Origin: an uncultured Gemmatimonadales bacterium | Lineage (GTDB): Bacteria; Gemmatimonadota; Gemmatimonadetes; Longimicrobiales; RSA9 | Assembly (NCBI GenBank): GCA_963708135.1 | Contig: OY970192.1 | Coordinates: 3,616,001-3,680,000 of the forward strand | DNA: 64,000 nt | Direction of reading: 5' to 3' | Shown here: positions 21,335 through 31,100 of the stretch, piece by piece | Position numbering within the stretch: position 1 is the first letter of the stretch | Layout: every line of letters starts with the position of its first letter | Translations under genes and position numbers: made by a program | Notes under the pieces: generated by a model | What the model was told of the DNA's origin: nothing | The model's input: only the letters and a program-made list of their open reading frames with translations | Database searches by the model: none

Positions 21335-23260
21335 TCAGGCGCGCGAGCGGCTCGGGGGGAGCGAGAGGTGGAAGGTCGTGCCCGCGCCGGGCGCGCTCTC
21401 GACGGTGAGCGTGCCGCCGAGGCGGTGGGCGAGCGTACGGCTCACGGCCAGGCCCAGCCCGATGCCGCCCTTGGCGCGCGTGCTCGACTGGTCGGCCTGC
21501 GTGAACGGCTCGAAGATCCGCTCCAGGTGCTCGGCCGCGATTCCCGGCCCGGTGTCGCGGACGCGGATGCGGAGCGGGTCGCCCGCCTCGAGCTCGAGCG
21601 CGACCTCGCCGCGGTCGGTGAACTTCACCGCGTTGCCCAGCAGGTTGAGGAGGATCTGGCGCAGCTTGCCCGCATCGGTCTCCGCGCCCACGCCCTCGGG
21701 CGGCAGGAGCGCGCGCAGCAGGAGCCCCTTCTGCTCCGCCTCCGGCTCGAACAGCGCCAGGCTCTCGGCCGCGAGCGCCGTCACATCGACGACGCCGAAG
21801 CGGAACTCGGCCCGCCCGGCCTCGACCTGCGAGTAGGCGAGGATGTCGTCGATGATGGTGACAAGGTGCCAGGCGCTCGTCTTCACGTGCAGGAGGTGCT
21901 CCTTCTGCCGCTCCCCCATCGTGCCCCACACCTCGCTCAGAAGCAGGTCCGCGTAGCCGATCACCGTCGTCAGCGGCGTCCGCAGCTCGTGGCTCATGAC
22001 CGCCAGGAACTCGCTCTTGGCCCGGCTCGCCGCTTCCGCGACGGCCCGCGCCTTCCGCTCCGCCGCGTACAGCCGGGCCCGCTCCAGCGCCTGCACGCAC
22101 TGGCTCGCGAGCGTGAGCGCGAACGCCCGCTCGTCCGCATCGAGGCTGCGCCCGCGCGGCAGCGCGAGCTCGATCCCGCCGCGCACCTCTCCCTGCGAGA
22201 TCAGCGGCAGCGCGACGAAGACGTCCGCCCCCGCATCGCGCCGAACCGCGTCCAGCAGAGGCTGCGGCTGCGGCTCCCGCTCCGTGGCTGTGAACACCGG
22301 ACGTGCCTCGCGGACCGCCACGCAGATCGGCAGCGCCGTGGACAGCGGCAGCGCGACAGCCGCGTCCACGTGGCGCCGCGCCGCGCCGACCACGTGCACC
22401 ACGTGCAGCGCCCCGTCCGCCGGATCCAGCAGCGCCATCATGCCGGTCACGGCGCCCAACGCGTCCGCGCCCTCCTCCAGGCAGCAGCGTGCCACCTCCT
22501 CGCGCGTGACCGCCCGCGCCAGCGAGGCGGAGACCCGCTGCAGGCGCGCCGCCCGACCGACCGCGCGCTCCGCCGCCCGCCGGGCCTGCCGCTCGGCGTC
22601 GAAGAGGCGCGCCCGCTCGAGCGCCTGCCCGCACAGCTCCGTCAGCATGGCCGCGAACGCACGGTCCTCCGCGTGCCAGGGCTTCGGCTCGCGGAACAGC
22701 AGCGACCACGCACCGAGGATGCGCCCGTTCGCGATGAGCGGCGCGGACGCCTGCGCCTCGAAGCCGGGGAGCTCGGGCGTCGAGCCGAAGACCGCATCCC
22801 GCGCCGCCCTCGACTCCAGGTACAGCGGCTCGCGCAGGCGCACCGCCCGGGTGATCGGCGCCTCCACGGAGAGCGGGATCCGCTGCCACGCACCCTGAAA
22901 GGCGGTCGGCAGCCCCACCGTCTCTACCGCCTCGAGCCCGGTGCCGTCGCGGGTGAGGAGTGCGAGCACGCCGGCGTCCGCCTCGAGCGCGCGCATGCTC
23001 GCCGCGACTGCAGCGCGCGCGACCTCGGCGGGAGTCAGGGCGCGGGAGAGCGCCGCGGTGAACTGCTGCAGCTGGAGCAGCCGGACGGTGCGGTCGAAGC
23101 CGACATCGGCGCCAGCGGGGCCGACCTCGACCACGAGGGGGGACGGCGCAGGGCCGCCGTGTGCGGGCGCGCCTCCGGCCTGACGGGCCGGTCGCGCACC
23201 CGCCGCTTCGCCCCCGGATTCGTGAGGAAAAGGAACGGCGTCCGACGGCAGCGGAGTCAC
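21335..23260 (-). CDS. Double-GAF sensor histidine kinase
   Basis: Two GAF repeats; MSHELRTPL H-box; NLLGNAVKFT, DTGPGI and GLGL boxes; start uncertain. Confidence 0.9.
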   Translation of the reverse strand: MTPLPSDAVPFPHESGGEAAGARPARQAGGAPAHGGPAPSPLVVEVGPAGADVGFDRTVRLLQLQQFTAALSRALTPAEVARAAVAASMRALEADAGVLALLTRDGTGLEAVETVGLPTAFQGAWQRIPLSVEAPITRAVRLREPLYLESRAARDAVFGSTPELPGFEAQASAPLIANGRILGAWSLLFREPKPWHAEDRAFAAMLTELCGQALERARLFDAERQARRAAERAVGRAARLQRVSASLARAVTREEVARCCLEEGADALGAVTGMMALLDPADGALHVVHVVGAARRHVDAAVALPLSTALPICVAVREARPVFTATEREPQPQPLLDAVRRDAGADVFVALPLISQGEVRGGIELALPRGRSLDADERAFALTLASQCVQALERARLYAAERKARAVAEAASRAKSEFLAVMSHELRTPLTTVIGYADLLLSEVWGTMGERQKEHLLHVKTSAWHLVTIIDDILAYSQVEAGRAEFRFGVVDVTALAAESLALFEPEAEQKGLLLRALLPPEGVGAETDAGKLRQILLNLLGNAVKFTDRGEVALELEAGDPLRIRVRDTGPGIAAEHLERIFEPFTQADQSSTRAKGGIGLGLAVSRTLAHRLGGTLTVESAPGAGTTFHLSLPPSRSRA

Positions 23261-23529
23261 GCGCCGGTCGGGATGGGAGAGGATGACACCGGGGGCCGAG
23301 TATACGCAGCAGGACCCGCCACCGCCAGCCCGGTCCTGCGGGAGCTTGCGGCGCACGGCATCACGGCTTCATTTTTTCGGCTGGCCTCCGGGCTCCGGAC
23401 CGGATCGCCGCCCCAATCTCGCAGCCATTTTCGCGCGGCGCCGCAGCCGCCACGGGAGTCGTTCGCACGATTCTCGCTTGGCGTGGGCCTGGCGCCGCTT
23501 GCACGTGTTGCACGAAGGGAGCAGCAGAG

Positions 23530-24201
23530 ATGAGCACGACCCCGTCCCCGAAGAGGCCCTCTCAGCCCGCCGGCCGCCGCGCCGTGGTCCTCCTGCCGAT
23601 CGCGCTGGCGATCCTGGCGGCGGGCGCCTGGCTCGCGGGCATCCGCCCGCCGAGCGCCGGGGCGCAGGGGGCGCTGCGCGGGATCGAGCTCGCACAGCCC
23701 ATCCCCAAGCCGGACTTCACCCTCACCGACACCCACGGGCGGCCTTTCGACTTCCGGGCTCGCACCGCCGGCTCGCTCACGCTGCTCTACTTCGGCTACA
23801 CGCACTGCGCCGACATCTGCCCCACGCGCATGCGCGACATCGCCGCGGCGCTCGCGCAGGTGCGGCCGGCGGTGCGGCGGCGGGTGCGGGTCGTCTTCAT
23901 CTCGACGGACCCCGACCGCGACTCCGCCGCGCGCATCCGGCAGTGGCTGGACGGCATCGATCCCACGTTTATCGGCCTGCGCGGCCCGCTCGACGCGGTG
24001 AACGCCGCGCAGGCCGCGCTGCACCTGGGAGCGGCGCGGAAGGAGGCCGCCGCCCCGGCAGGTGCGCCATACCAGGTCACCCACGCCGCGGAGCTCGTCG
24101 CCTTCTCCCCGGACGGCCCGGCGCGCGTGCTGTATCCGCCCACCGACGGCCGGCGGGAGCTGGCCCATGACCTGCCGCTCCTCGTCGCGGGCGGCTCTTG
24201 A
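23530..24201 (+). CDS. SCO/SenC-family copper chaperone
   Basis: N-terminal TM; FGYTHCADICP, DPDRD and a conserved His (VTH). Confidence 0.9.
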   Translation: MSTTPSPKRPSQPAGRRAVVLLPIALAILAAGAWLAGIRPPSAGAQGALRGIELAQPIPKPDFTLTDTHGRPFDFRARTAGSLTLLYFGYTHCADICPTRMRDIAAALAQVRPAVRRRVRVVFISTDPDRDSAARIRQWLDGIDPTFIGLRGPLDAVNAAQAALHLGAARKEAAAPAGAPYQVTHAAELVAFSPDGPARVLYPPTDGRRELAHDLPLLVAGGS

Positions 24202-24255
24202 CCGCAACGCCCCGCTGCTCGGGGGACACGAGACTCGAGCCCGTGAGAACGTGCC

Positions 24256-25401
24256 ATGGCCACTGCTGAGCGCTTCCTCGGATCCGCCGCGCGCCCCGCG
24301 CGCCCCGCGCGCCTCGACAAGGCCGACAAGTGGCTGGTGGGGCCGGCCTACGACCTGATCCTCATCATCTTCTCGTCCTCGCTGCTCGTCTTCCCCCACC
24401 TCACGCACGCCTACCTGAAGAGCAACATCGCGGTGGACCTCATCGTGACCATGCTCATCGGCGGGCCGCACCTCTTCGCGACCTACACGATGACGCTCAT
24501 GGAGCCGGGGTTCCGGGCGCGCTATCCCCGCTACTCGAAGGGCGCGTACCTGCTCCCGATCATCATCGTGACCATGGCCGCCGTGAACCTGACGCTGCTG
24601 GTCACCATCTTCTTCTTCTGGGCGTCGATCCACGTGATCCACCAGGCCGCCTTCATCGCGGACGCCTACCGGATGAAGGACCCGCGCGGCTGGTCGCGCT
24701 GGTCGCGCTTCATCGACTACGGCCTGCTCTTCACCTGCATGTACCCGATCGCCACGCAGCGCCTCATGCACGGCAGCTTCCAGACGGGCGGCCGCACGCT
24801 CCTGTTCCCGCCCTTTCTCAAGTCGATGGACTGGCTGCCCTACCTCATCGGCGCCGTCTTCGTCTCCTTCCTGGCCGCCTTCATCGTGAAGACGATCGAT
24901 GAGCTGCGCACGGGCCGCTTCCACGGACCGAAGACGCTCCACATGACGGTCGCCACCGGGCTGTTCCTGGTCACGCCGCTGCTGCCCAACCTGGACGTCG
25001 CCTTCCAGGGGCTGAACGTCTGGCACTCGTTCCAGTACCTGGCGGTCGTGCTCTACCTGAACCGGCTGCGCGAGTCCCGTGGCCTGATCGGATCCGACGT
25101 GGTGCGGAAGGTCTCCGGCAGGGGCTGGCGCCTCTACGCCCTCTGCCTCGCCTTCACCATCGGCGCCGGCCTCCTCTTCCTCGGGCTCCTCGACGTCGTC
25201 GTGCACCAGGGGTGGTTCGAGACCGGAAGCCGCATGAACAGCCTCTTCTTCGGACCCGTCTACTCGAACCAGCACTACTTCGCCTTCTACAGCGTGGTGC
25301 TCTCGTTCCTGCTCGTGCACTACTACTTCGACCACTTCCTCTTCCTCTACGTGGACGAGGAGATCACGCCCAGGTTCGAGCCGCTGCGAGAGGCGGCCTG
25401 A
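24256..25401 (+). CDS. Uncharacterised polytopic membrane protein with four His motifs
   Basis: About 10 TMs; GPHLFATY, WASIHVIHQ, WHSFQY and VHYYFD motifs. Confidence 0.8.
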   Translation: MATAERFLGSAARPARPARLDKADKWLVGPAYDLILIIFSSSLLVFPHLTHAYLKSNIAVDLIVTMLIGGPHLFATYTMTLMEPGFRARYPRYSKGAYLLPIIIVTMAAVNLTLLVTIFFFWASIHVIHQAAFIADAYRMKDPRGWSRWSRFIDYGLLFTCMYPIATQRLMHGSFQTGGRTLLFPPFLKSMDWLPYLIGAVFVSFLAAFIVKTIDELRTGRFHGPKTLHMTVATGLFLVTPLLPNLDVAFQGLNVWHSFQYLAVVLYLNRLRESRGLIGSDVVRKVSGRGWRLYALCLAFTIGAGLLFLGLLDVVVHQGWFETGSRMNSLFFGPVYSNQHYFAFYSVVLSFLLVHYYFDHFLFLYVDEEITPRFEPLREAA

Positions 25402-25500
25402 CGCACCGCGGCGGCCGCCGGGACGAGCCTTCGTCCCGCCGGCCGCCGGTTCCGTTCGGGCACCACCCGCCCCCAGACCGCGCACCCGCCGGAGGCCACG

Positions 25501-26787
25501 ATGCCGCAGGATTCCACGCCCGGACCGCGCCGGGCCGCACTCGCCGCGCTGCTGCTCCTCGCCGGCGCGATCCCATCCGCGCAGGCCGCCGGACAGGCGG
25601 CTCGTGCGGCCCCGGCGGCGCCGCGGCCGGACACCACCGGAAAGCCGATCGTGATCGGCCGGGAGGCCACGCTCCACTCGCGCATCCTCGAGGAGGATCG
25701 CAGGCTCCTCATCCACCTGCCCCGGAGCTACGCGGAGCATCCCGACGAGCGCTACCCGGTGATGATCCTGCTCGACGGGGATGCGCACATCGTCGAGGCC
25801 ACCGGCATCGTCGAGTCGCTGGCCAGCAACTGGCGCGTCCCCGAGATGATCATCGTCGGCGTCCCGAACACCGACCGCACCCGCGACCTCACGCCGGCGG
25901 CCGCCTCCGACAGCGTGCGCATGAAGATGCCGTACGGAACCGACAGCCTGACGCAGCACTTCCCCACCGCCGGCGGGGCCGACCGCTTCCTGCGCTTCCT
26001 CACGGAGGAGCTGCGGCCGTGGCTGGCCGCGCGCTACCGGACGCTGCCCTACCACGTGCTGGTGGGGCACTCCTTCGGCGGCCTGTTCGCCCTGCACGTC
26101 CTCATGAGCGCTCCCGCCAGCTATGACGCCTACGTGGCGGTGAGCCCCAGCCTGTGGTGGAACGGCGGCTCGCTCGTCGCGGACGCGCCCGCCGCGCTCT
26201 CCCGGCTGCCGCTCGCCGGCCGCGCCCTCTACATGACCGTAGGCGACGAGGGCCCCGTCATGCTCGACCCGATCTCCGCCTTCGCCGCCGACCTCGGGCG
26301 CACCCGCCCCGCCGGCCTCCGCTGGTGGTTCCGGGCGCGCCACGGCGAGACGCACAACAGCAATCCGCACGGCTCAATGTACGACGGCCTCGACTCCATC
26401 TTCTCCCCGTGGGCCGTGCCCGACTCGCTCGTGCTCACGGCGGACGTGCCCGCCGTGCAAGCGCACTACGCCGCGCTCTCCTCCCGGCTGGGCACCCGCG
26501 TACCCCCGCCCGAGTCGCTGCTCGAGATGATCGGCGGCGTCATGCTCCAGATCGGGCGCCCGGCCAGGGCGCTCCCCGCGTTCCGCCAGGCCGCCACCGA
26601 CCATCCCCGCTCGTGCGGCGCCCGCGCGGGGCTGGCCCGGACGCTCGAGGCCACGGGCGAGCTGGCGGACGCCGCCGAGACGTGGGACGAGGCGGCCCGC
26701 CTCGCCGCGGCCGCGCACGACGAGACCACCGCCGCGGAGTACCGGAAGAACGCCGCCGCGGCCAGGAAGAAGGGGGCGGCGCGATGA
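25501..26787 (+). CDS. Secreted alpha/beta hydrolase (IroE-like esterase) with C-terminal TPR
   Basis: Signal peptide; YPVMILLDG, RTRDLTP, GHSFGG and SPSLWW motifs; TPR-like tail. Confidence 0.85.
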   Translation: MPQDSTPGPRRAALAALLLLAGAIPSAQAAGQAARAAPAAPRPDTTGKPIVIGREATLHSRILEEDRRLLIHLPRSYAEHPDERYPVMILLDGDAHIVEATGIVESLASNWRVPEMIIVGVPNTDRTRDLTPAAASDSVRMKMPYGTDSLTQHFPTAGGADRFLRFLTEELRPWLAARYRTLPYHVLVGHSFGGLFALHVLMSAPASYDAYVAVSPSLWWNGGSLVADAPAALSRLPLAGRALYMTVGDEGPVMLDPISAFAADLGRTRPAGLRWWFRARHGETHNSNPHGSMYDGLDSIFSPWAVPDSLVLTADVPAVQAHYAALSSRLGTRVPPPESLLEMIGGVMLQIGRPARALPAFRQAATDHPRSCGARAGLARTLEATGELADAAETWDEAARLAAAAHDETTAAEYRKNAAAARKKGAAR

Positions 26788-26833
26788 GGGCGGGCGAGCG
26801 GCGCGCGCCGGCGGCCGGTGGAGGGCGGACGCC

Positions 26834-28009
26834 GTGACCGAGCGGCTCTACTACACGGACCCCCGTCTCGAGGCCTTCGCCGCGCGCGTGGAGGAGACGC
26901 GCGACCAGGGCCGGCGGCTCTACCTCGACCGCACCGCCTTCTATCCCACCTCCGGCGGGCAGCCGCACGACACCGGCACGCTGGCCGGCGTGCCCGTCCT
27001 CGACGTGGTGGACGAGGGCGAGCGCATCGCGCACGTGCTGGCGGAGCCCGCCGCCGCCGCGGGCGAGGAGGTCGAGGGCAGGATCGACTGGCCGCGTCGC
27101 TTCGACCACATGCAGCAGCACACGGGGCAGCACCTGCTGTCGGCGATCTTCTCCGATGCCTTCGGGCTGGAGACCGTCAGCGTCCACTTCGGCGAGGACG
27201 CCTCCACGCTCGACCTCACCGTCCACGGGCTGGATCCCGCCATGCTGCTCGAGGCCGAGGCGCGCGCCAACGCCGCCATCTGGGAGGACCGCCCCGTGAC
27301 GGTCGGCTTCGAGGACGCGGACGCGGCCATGGCCGCCGGGCTGCGCAAGCCGACGGAGCGCGAGGGCCGGCTCCGCGTCGTCGCCATCGAGGGGCTGGAC
27401 CGCAGCGCCTGCGGCGGCACCCACGTCGAGTCAACCGGCCGGATCGGCGCCATCCTGCTGCGCCGGACCGAGCGGATCCGAAGTGAGACGCGCGTGGAGT
27501 TCCTGTGCGGCGGGCGCGCCATCCGCCGCGCCCGCGCCGACTTCGCCGCGCTCACCCTGGCCGCGCGCGTCTTCTCCGCGCCGATCGACGAGGTGCCCGC
27601 GCTCGTCGAGTCCCAGCAGCGGCAGCTCCGGACGCTCCAGTCGGACCGGAAGAGTCTCGACCAGGAGCTGGCCGCCTTCCGCGCGCGCGACCTCTACGAG
27701 CGGACGCCGCCGGCCGCCGACGGGGTCCGGCGCGCCGTGCACGCCGTCACCCCCGGCGCGGCGGACGAGCTGCGCGCGCTCGCGCTCGCCTTCACCGCCC
27801 TCCCGAAGGCGCTCCTCGTCGGCTCCGTGGAGAGCCCGCCCGTCGTGCTCCTGGCCACATCCGAGGACTCCGGCATCGAGGCCGGCACCGCGCTGCGCTG
27901 CGTGCTCGACGAGCTCGGCGGCCGCGGCGGCGGGTCCGCGCGCATCGCCCAGGGCAGCCTGCCCGACGCCGCCGCCCTCGCCCGCGCCGTCGAGCTGCTC
28001 GCCGGCTGA
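26834..28009 (+). CDS. Alanyl-tRNA editing protein AlaX (DHHA1-containing)
   Basis: TAFYPTSGGQPHDTG, HMQQHTGQH, ACGGTHV and GGRGGG motifs. Confidence 0.9.
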   Translation: MTERLYYTDPRLEAFAARVEETRDQGRRLYLDRTAFYPTSGGQPHDTGTLAGVPVLDVVDEGERIAHVLAEPAAAAGEEVEGRIDWPRRFDHMQQHTGQHLLSAIFSDAFGLETVSVHFGEDASTLDLTVHGLDPAMLLEAEARANAAIWEDRPVTVGFEDADAAMAAGLRKPTEREGRLRVVAIEGLDRSACGGTHVESTGRIGAILLRRTERIRSETRVEFLCGGRAIRRARADFAALTLAARVFSAPIDEVPALVESQQRQLRTLQSDRKSLDQELAAFRARDLYERTPPAADGVRRAVHAVTPGAADELRALALAFTALPKALLVGSVESPPVVLLATSEDSGIEAGTALRCVLDELGGRGGGSARIAQGSLPDAAALARAVELLAG

Positions 28010-28057
28010 TCTCGCCGGGAGGTGCCGACACCCTGAGGCTCGTCCCCCCCACCGAGG

Positions 28058-28106
28058 GGGACATTCTTAGTCGCCACAAGTGGGACATTTTCAGCCGCCA
28101 TTGACA
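28058..28106 (-). mobile_element. Orphan IS21-family-like terminus
   Basis: Minus strand reads TGTCAA-TGGCGGCTGAAAATGTCCC-ACTTG-TGGCGACTAAGAATGTCCC: a TG end with two 19-bp repeats at 24-bp spacing. No istA/istB nearby. Confidence 0.65.
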
Positions 28107-31100
28107 GGGGGAGCCGCGCCGTAGCGACTCTGCTGGGTCAGCCGGAGCGGTCCATCCCCGCGCCTGCGGGGGAGCCCGGCGAGATCGAGCCGTCCGAATA
28201 GAACACTTGGGTCCATCCCCGCGCCTGCGGGGGAGCCTGGGTGGACCTCGGGGCGAAGATCAACGCACAGGGTCCATCCCCGCGCCTGCGGGGGAGCCTC
28301 AACACGTATCTCATCTCCGGCGCTTATCTCGGGTCCATCCCCGCGCCTGCGGGGGAGCCACCGTCTTCCGGCATCCGGCACAGAGGTACGACGGTCCATC
28401 CCCGCGCCTGCGGGGGAGCCCCCGTGGCAATGCGGGCAGTCCACGAGCTCGAGGGTCCATCCCCGCGCCTGCGGGGGAGCCCCGCCGAACGCGAGCATCG
28501 CCTCCTCGTCCAGCGGTCCATCCCCGCGCCTGCGGGGGAGCCACGAGCCCATACGCCTCGTTCGCGACCCTGAACGGTCCATCCCCGCGCCTGCGGGGGA
28601 GCCTGATCGCAGCGCAGCAGGCGGGTGCCACCGAACGGTCCATCCCCGCGCCTGCGGGGGAGCCCTGTACCGGGAGGGCGAGGGTTGGTTTTGGTGGGGT
28701 CCATCCCCGCGCCTGCGGGGGAGCCCGCAGGGTGCCGGTCGAGTCGAATACGGCGATGGGTCCATCCCCGCGCCTGCGGGGGAGCCATGTGCTCCGGCCC
28801 GGCGCTCTGGAGGACGACCGGTCCATCCCCGCGCCTGCGGGGGAGCCCGGGGCGCCCCCAGCGCCGGCCGGGGGATCCAAGGTCCATCCCCGCGCCTGCG
28901 GGGGAGCCTCTCACCCCGGACCAGCTCCGCCATCGGGCTCCGGTCCATCCCCGCGCCTGCGGGGGAGCCCCAGAGGCACGCGCGGCACAGCACCACACCA
29001 TCGGTCCATCCCCGCGCCTGCGGGGGAGCCGAGAGCTACCGCGGCCCGGGGAAGGACGGGGAAGGTCCATCCCCGCGCCTGCGGGGGAGCCCGTCCAGTC
29101 CCAGGTGGACGCACGGGACTCCCGGGTCCATCCCCGCGCCTGCGGGGGAGCCGCGTTCCGGGACATGGCGCCCATGCTTCGCAGCGGTCCATCCCCGCGC
29201 CTGCGGGGGAGCCGAGTCCATCGGCGCGATCATCGACCCCACCGCAGGTCCATCCCCGCGCCTGCGGGGGAGCCTAGATCGCGAGGCGCTTGTCCTGGCG
29301 GATCCAGGGTCCATCCCCGCGCCTGCGGGGGAGCCTCCGTCCAACCGCAGTAGCACCGCACGAGTCCAGGTCCATCCCCGCGCCTGCGGGGGAGCCGTGC
29401 ACGGCCCCCACTACGTGGATCTGCACGTGGGTCCATCCCCGCGCCTGCGGGGGAGCCGGCGCATGAGGCACTGAGATGGAGTTTCTGAGCGGTCCATCCC
29501 CGCGCCTGCGGGGGAGCCCCGACGACGGAGCCGCTCCTGATCGCGGGGCAGGGTCCATCCCCGCGCCTGCGGGGGAGCCAGACCCTCGCGGATTCCACTG
29601 CGGCGCTGGTCGGGTCCATCCCCGCGCCTGCGGGGGAGCCATCGCTCCCCGGGCGGCGGTGGGCGACGCTGAGGGTCCATCCCCGCGCCTGCGGGGGAGC
29701 CTAGATCGCGAGGCGCTTGTCCTGGCGGATCCAGGGTCCATCCCCGCGCCTGCGGGGGAGCCTCCGTCCAACCGCAGTAGCACCGCACGAGTCCAGGTCC
29801 ATCCCCGCGCCTGCGGGGGAGCCGTGCACGGCCCCCACTACGTGGATCTGCACGTGGGTCCATCCCCGCGCCTGCGGGGGAGCCGGCGCATGAGGCACTG
29901 AGATGGAGTTTCTGAGCGGTCCATCCCCGCGCCTGCGGGGGAGCCCCGACGACGGAGCCGCTCCTGATCGCGGGGCAGGGTCCATCCCCGCGCCTGCGGG
30001 GGAGCCAGACCCTCGCGGATTCCACTGCGGCGCTGGTCGGGTCCATCCCCGCGCCTGCGGGGGAGCCATCGCTCCCCGGGCGGCGGTGGGCGACGCTGAG
30101 GGTCCATCCCCGCGCCTGCGGGGGAGCCTTCCCGACCGTCCCGGTGATGCTCGCGAGCTCGGGTCCATCCCCGCGCCTGCGGGGGAGCCACGCGGACGTC
30201 GGCCAGGGCGACCTGCTGGTGGGGTCCATCCCCGCGCCTGCGGGGGAGCCGGCCCGTCCCAGCGGCCGAGTGGCGCGTCGGACGGTCCATCCCCGCGCCT
30301 GCGGGGGAGCCCGTGGATGCGGGGTCCGTCGCCGTGCACCGTGAGGTCCATCCCCGCGCCTGCGGGGGAGCCCCCATGTGGCGCAGCCAGAGCGCGTCCG
30401 CCTCGGGTCCATCCCCGCGCCTGCGGGGGAGCCTCGAAGAACCCCGGAGGGACGGGAATCGCGCCGGGTCCATCCCCGCGCCTGCGGGGGAGCCGGTCGT
30501 AGATCACCTCCACGCGCACCACAACCCGGTCCATCCCCGCGCCTGCGGGGGAGCCTGGGACGCGGCAGAGCAGGACGTCGCCTCGGAGGGTCCATCCCCG
30601 CGCCTGCGGGGGAGCCTCCCACGCGAACTCCGACAGCGGCCGATGCACGGGTCCATCCCCGCGCCTGCGGGGGAGCCGCGGGAATGGGACGGCGACGGCG
30701 GCCTCCAGTGGGTCCATCCCCGCGCCTGCGGGGGAGCCGGTGTCGAGAGCGGCACCGGGACAGGGAAGTCGGGTCCATCCCCGCGCCTGCGGGGGAGCCC
30801 AGCGGCGCTTCATCGTCGAAGAGTGCGCGTGCGGTCCATCCCCGCGCCTGCGGGGGAGCCGTCTGGCACTCGCTCGGCTCGGCTGCCTCGCCGGGTCCAT
30901 CCCCGCGCCTGCGGGGGAGCCCGACGCTGCGCGGCCACCGGCAATGGGACAAGGGGTCCATCCCCGCGCCTGCGGGGGAGCCAGGACAGGGGAAGACATG
31001 CAGCAGCGCGCGTCCGGTCCATCCCCGCGCCTGCGGGGGAGCCCCCAGCGCGAGCGCGACGTTCTCGAGCGAGTGGGGTCCATCCCCGCGCCTGCGGGGG

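Noticed and set aside
21174..22889. Apparent long N-terminal extension of the CDF transporter
   Set aside because: Alternative frame of the kinase gene; the RBS and GTG at 21173 mark the start.
23257..26370. 1037-aa minus-strand ORF and similar long shadow ORFs (12124-15006, 2449-4632, 59027-61228)
   Set aside because: They are antisense to well-supported genes, have no motifs, and are expected at this GC content.
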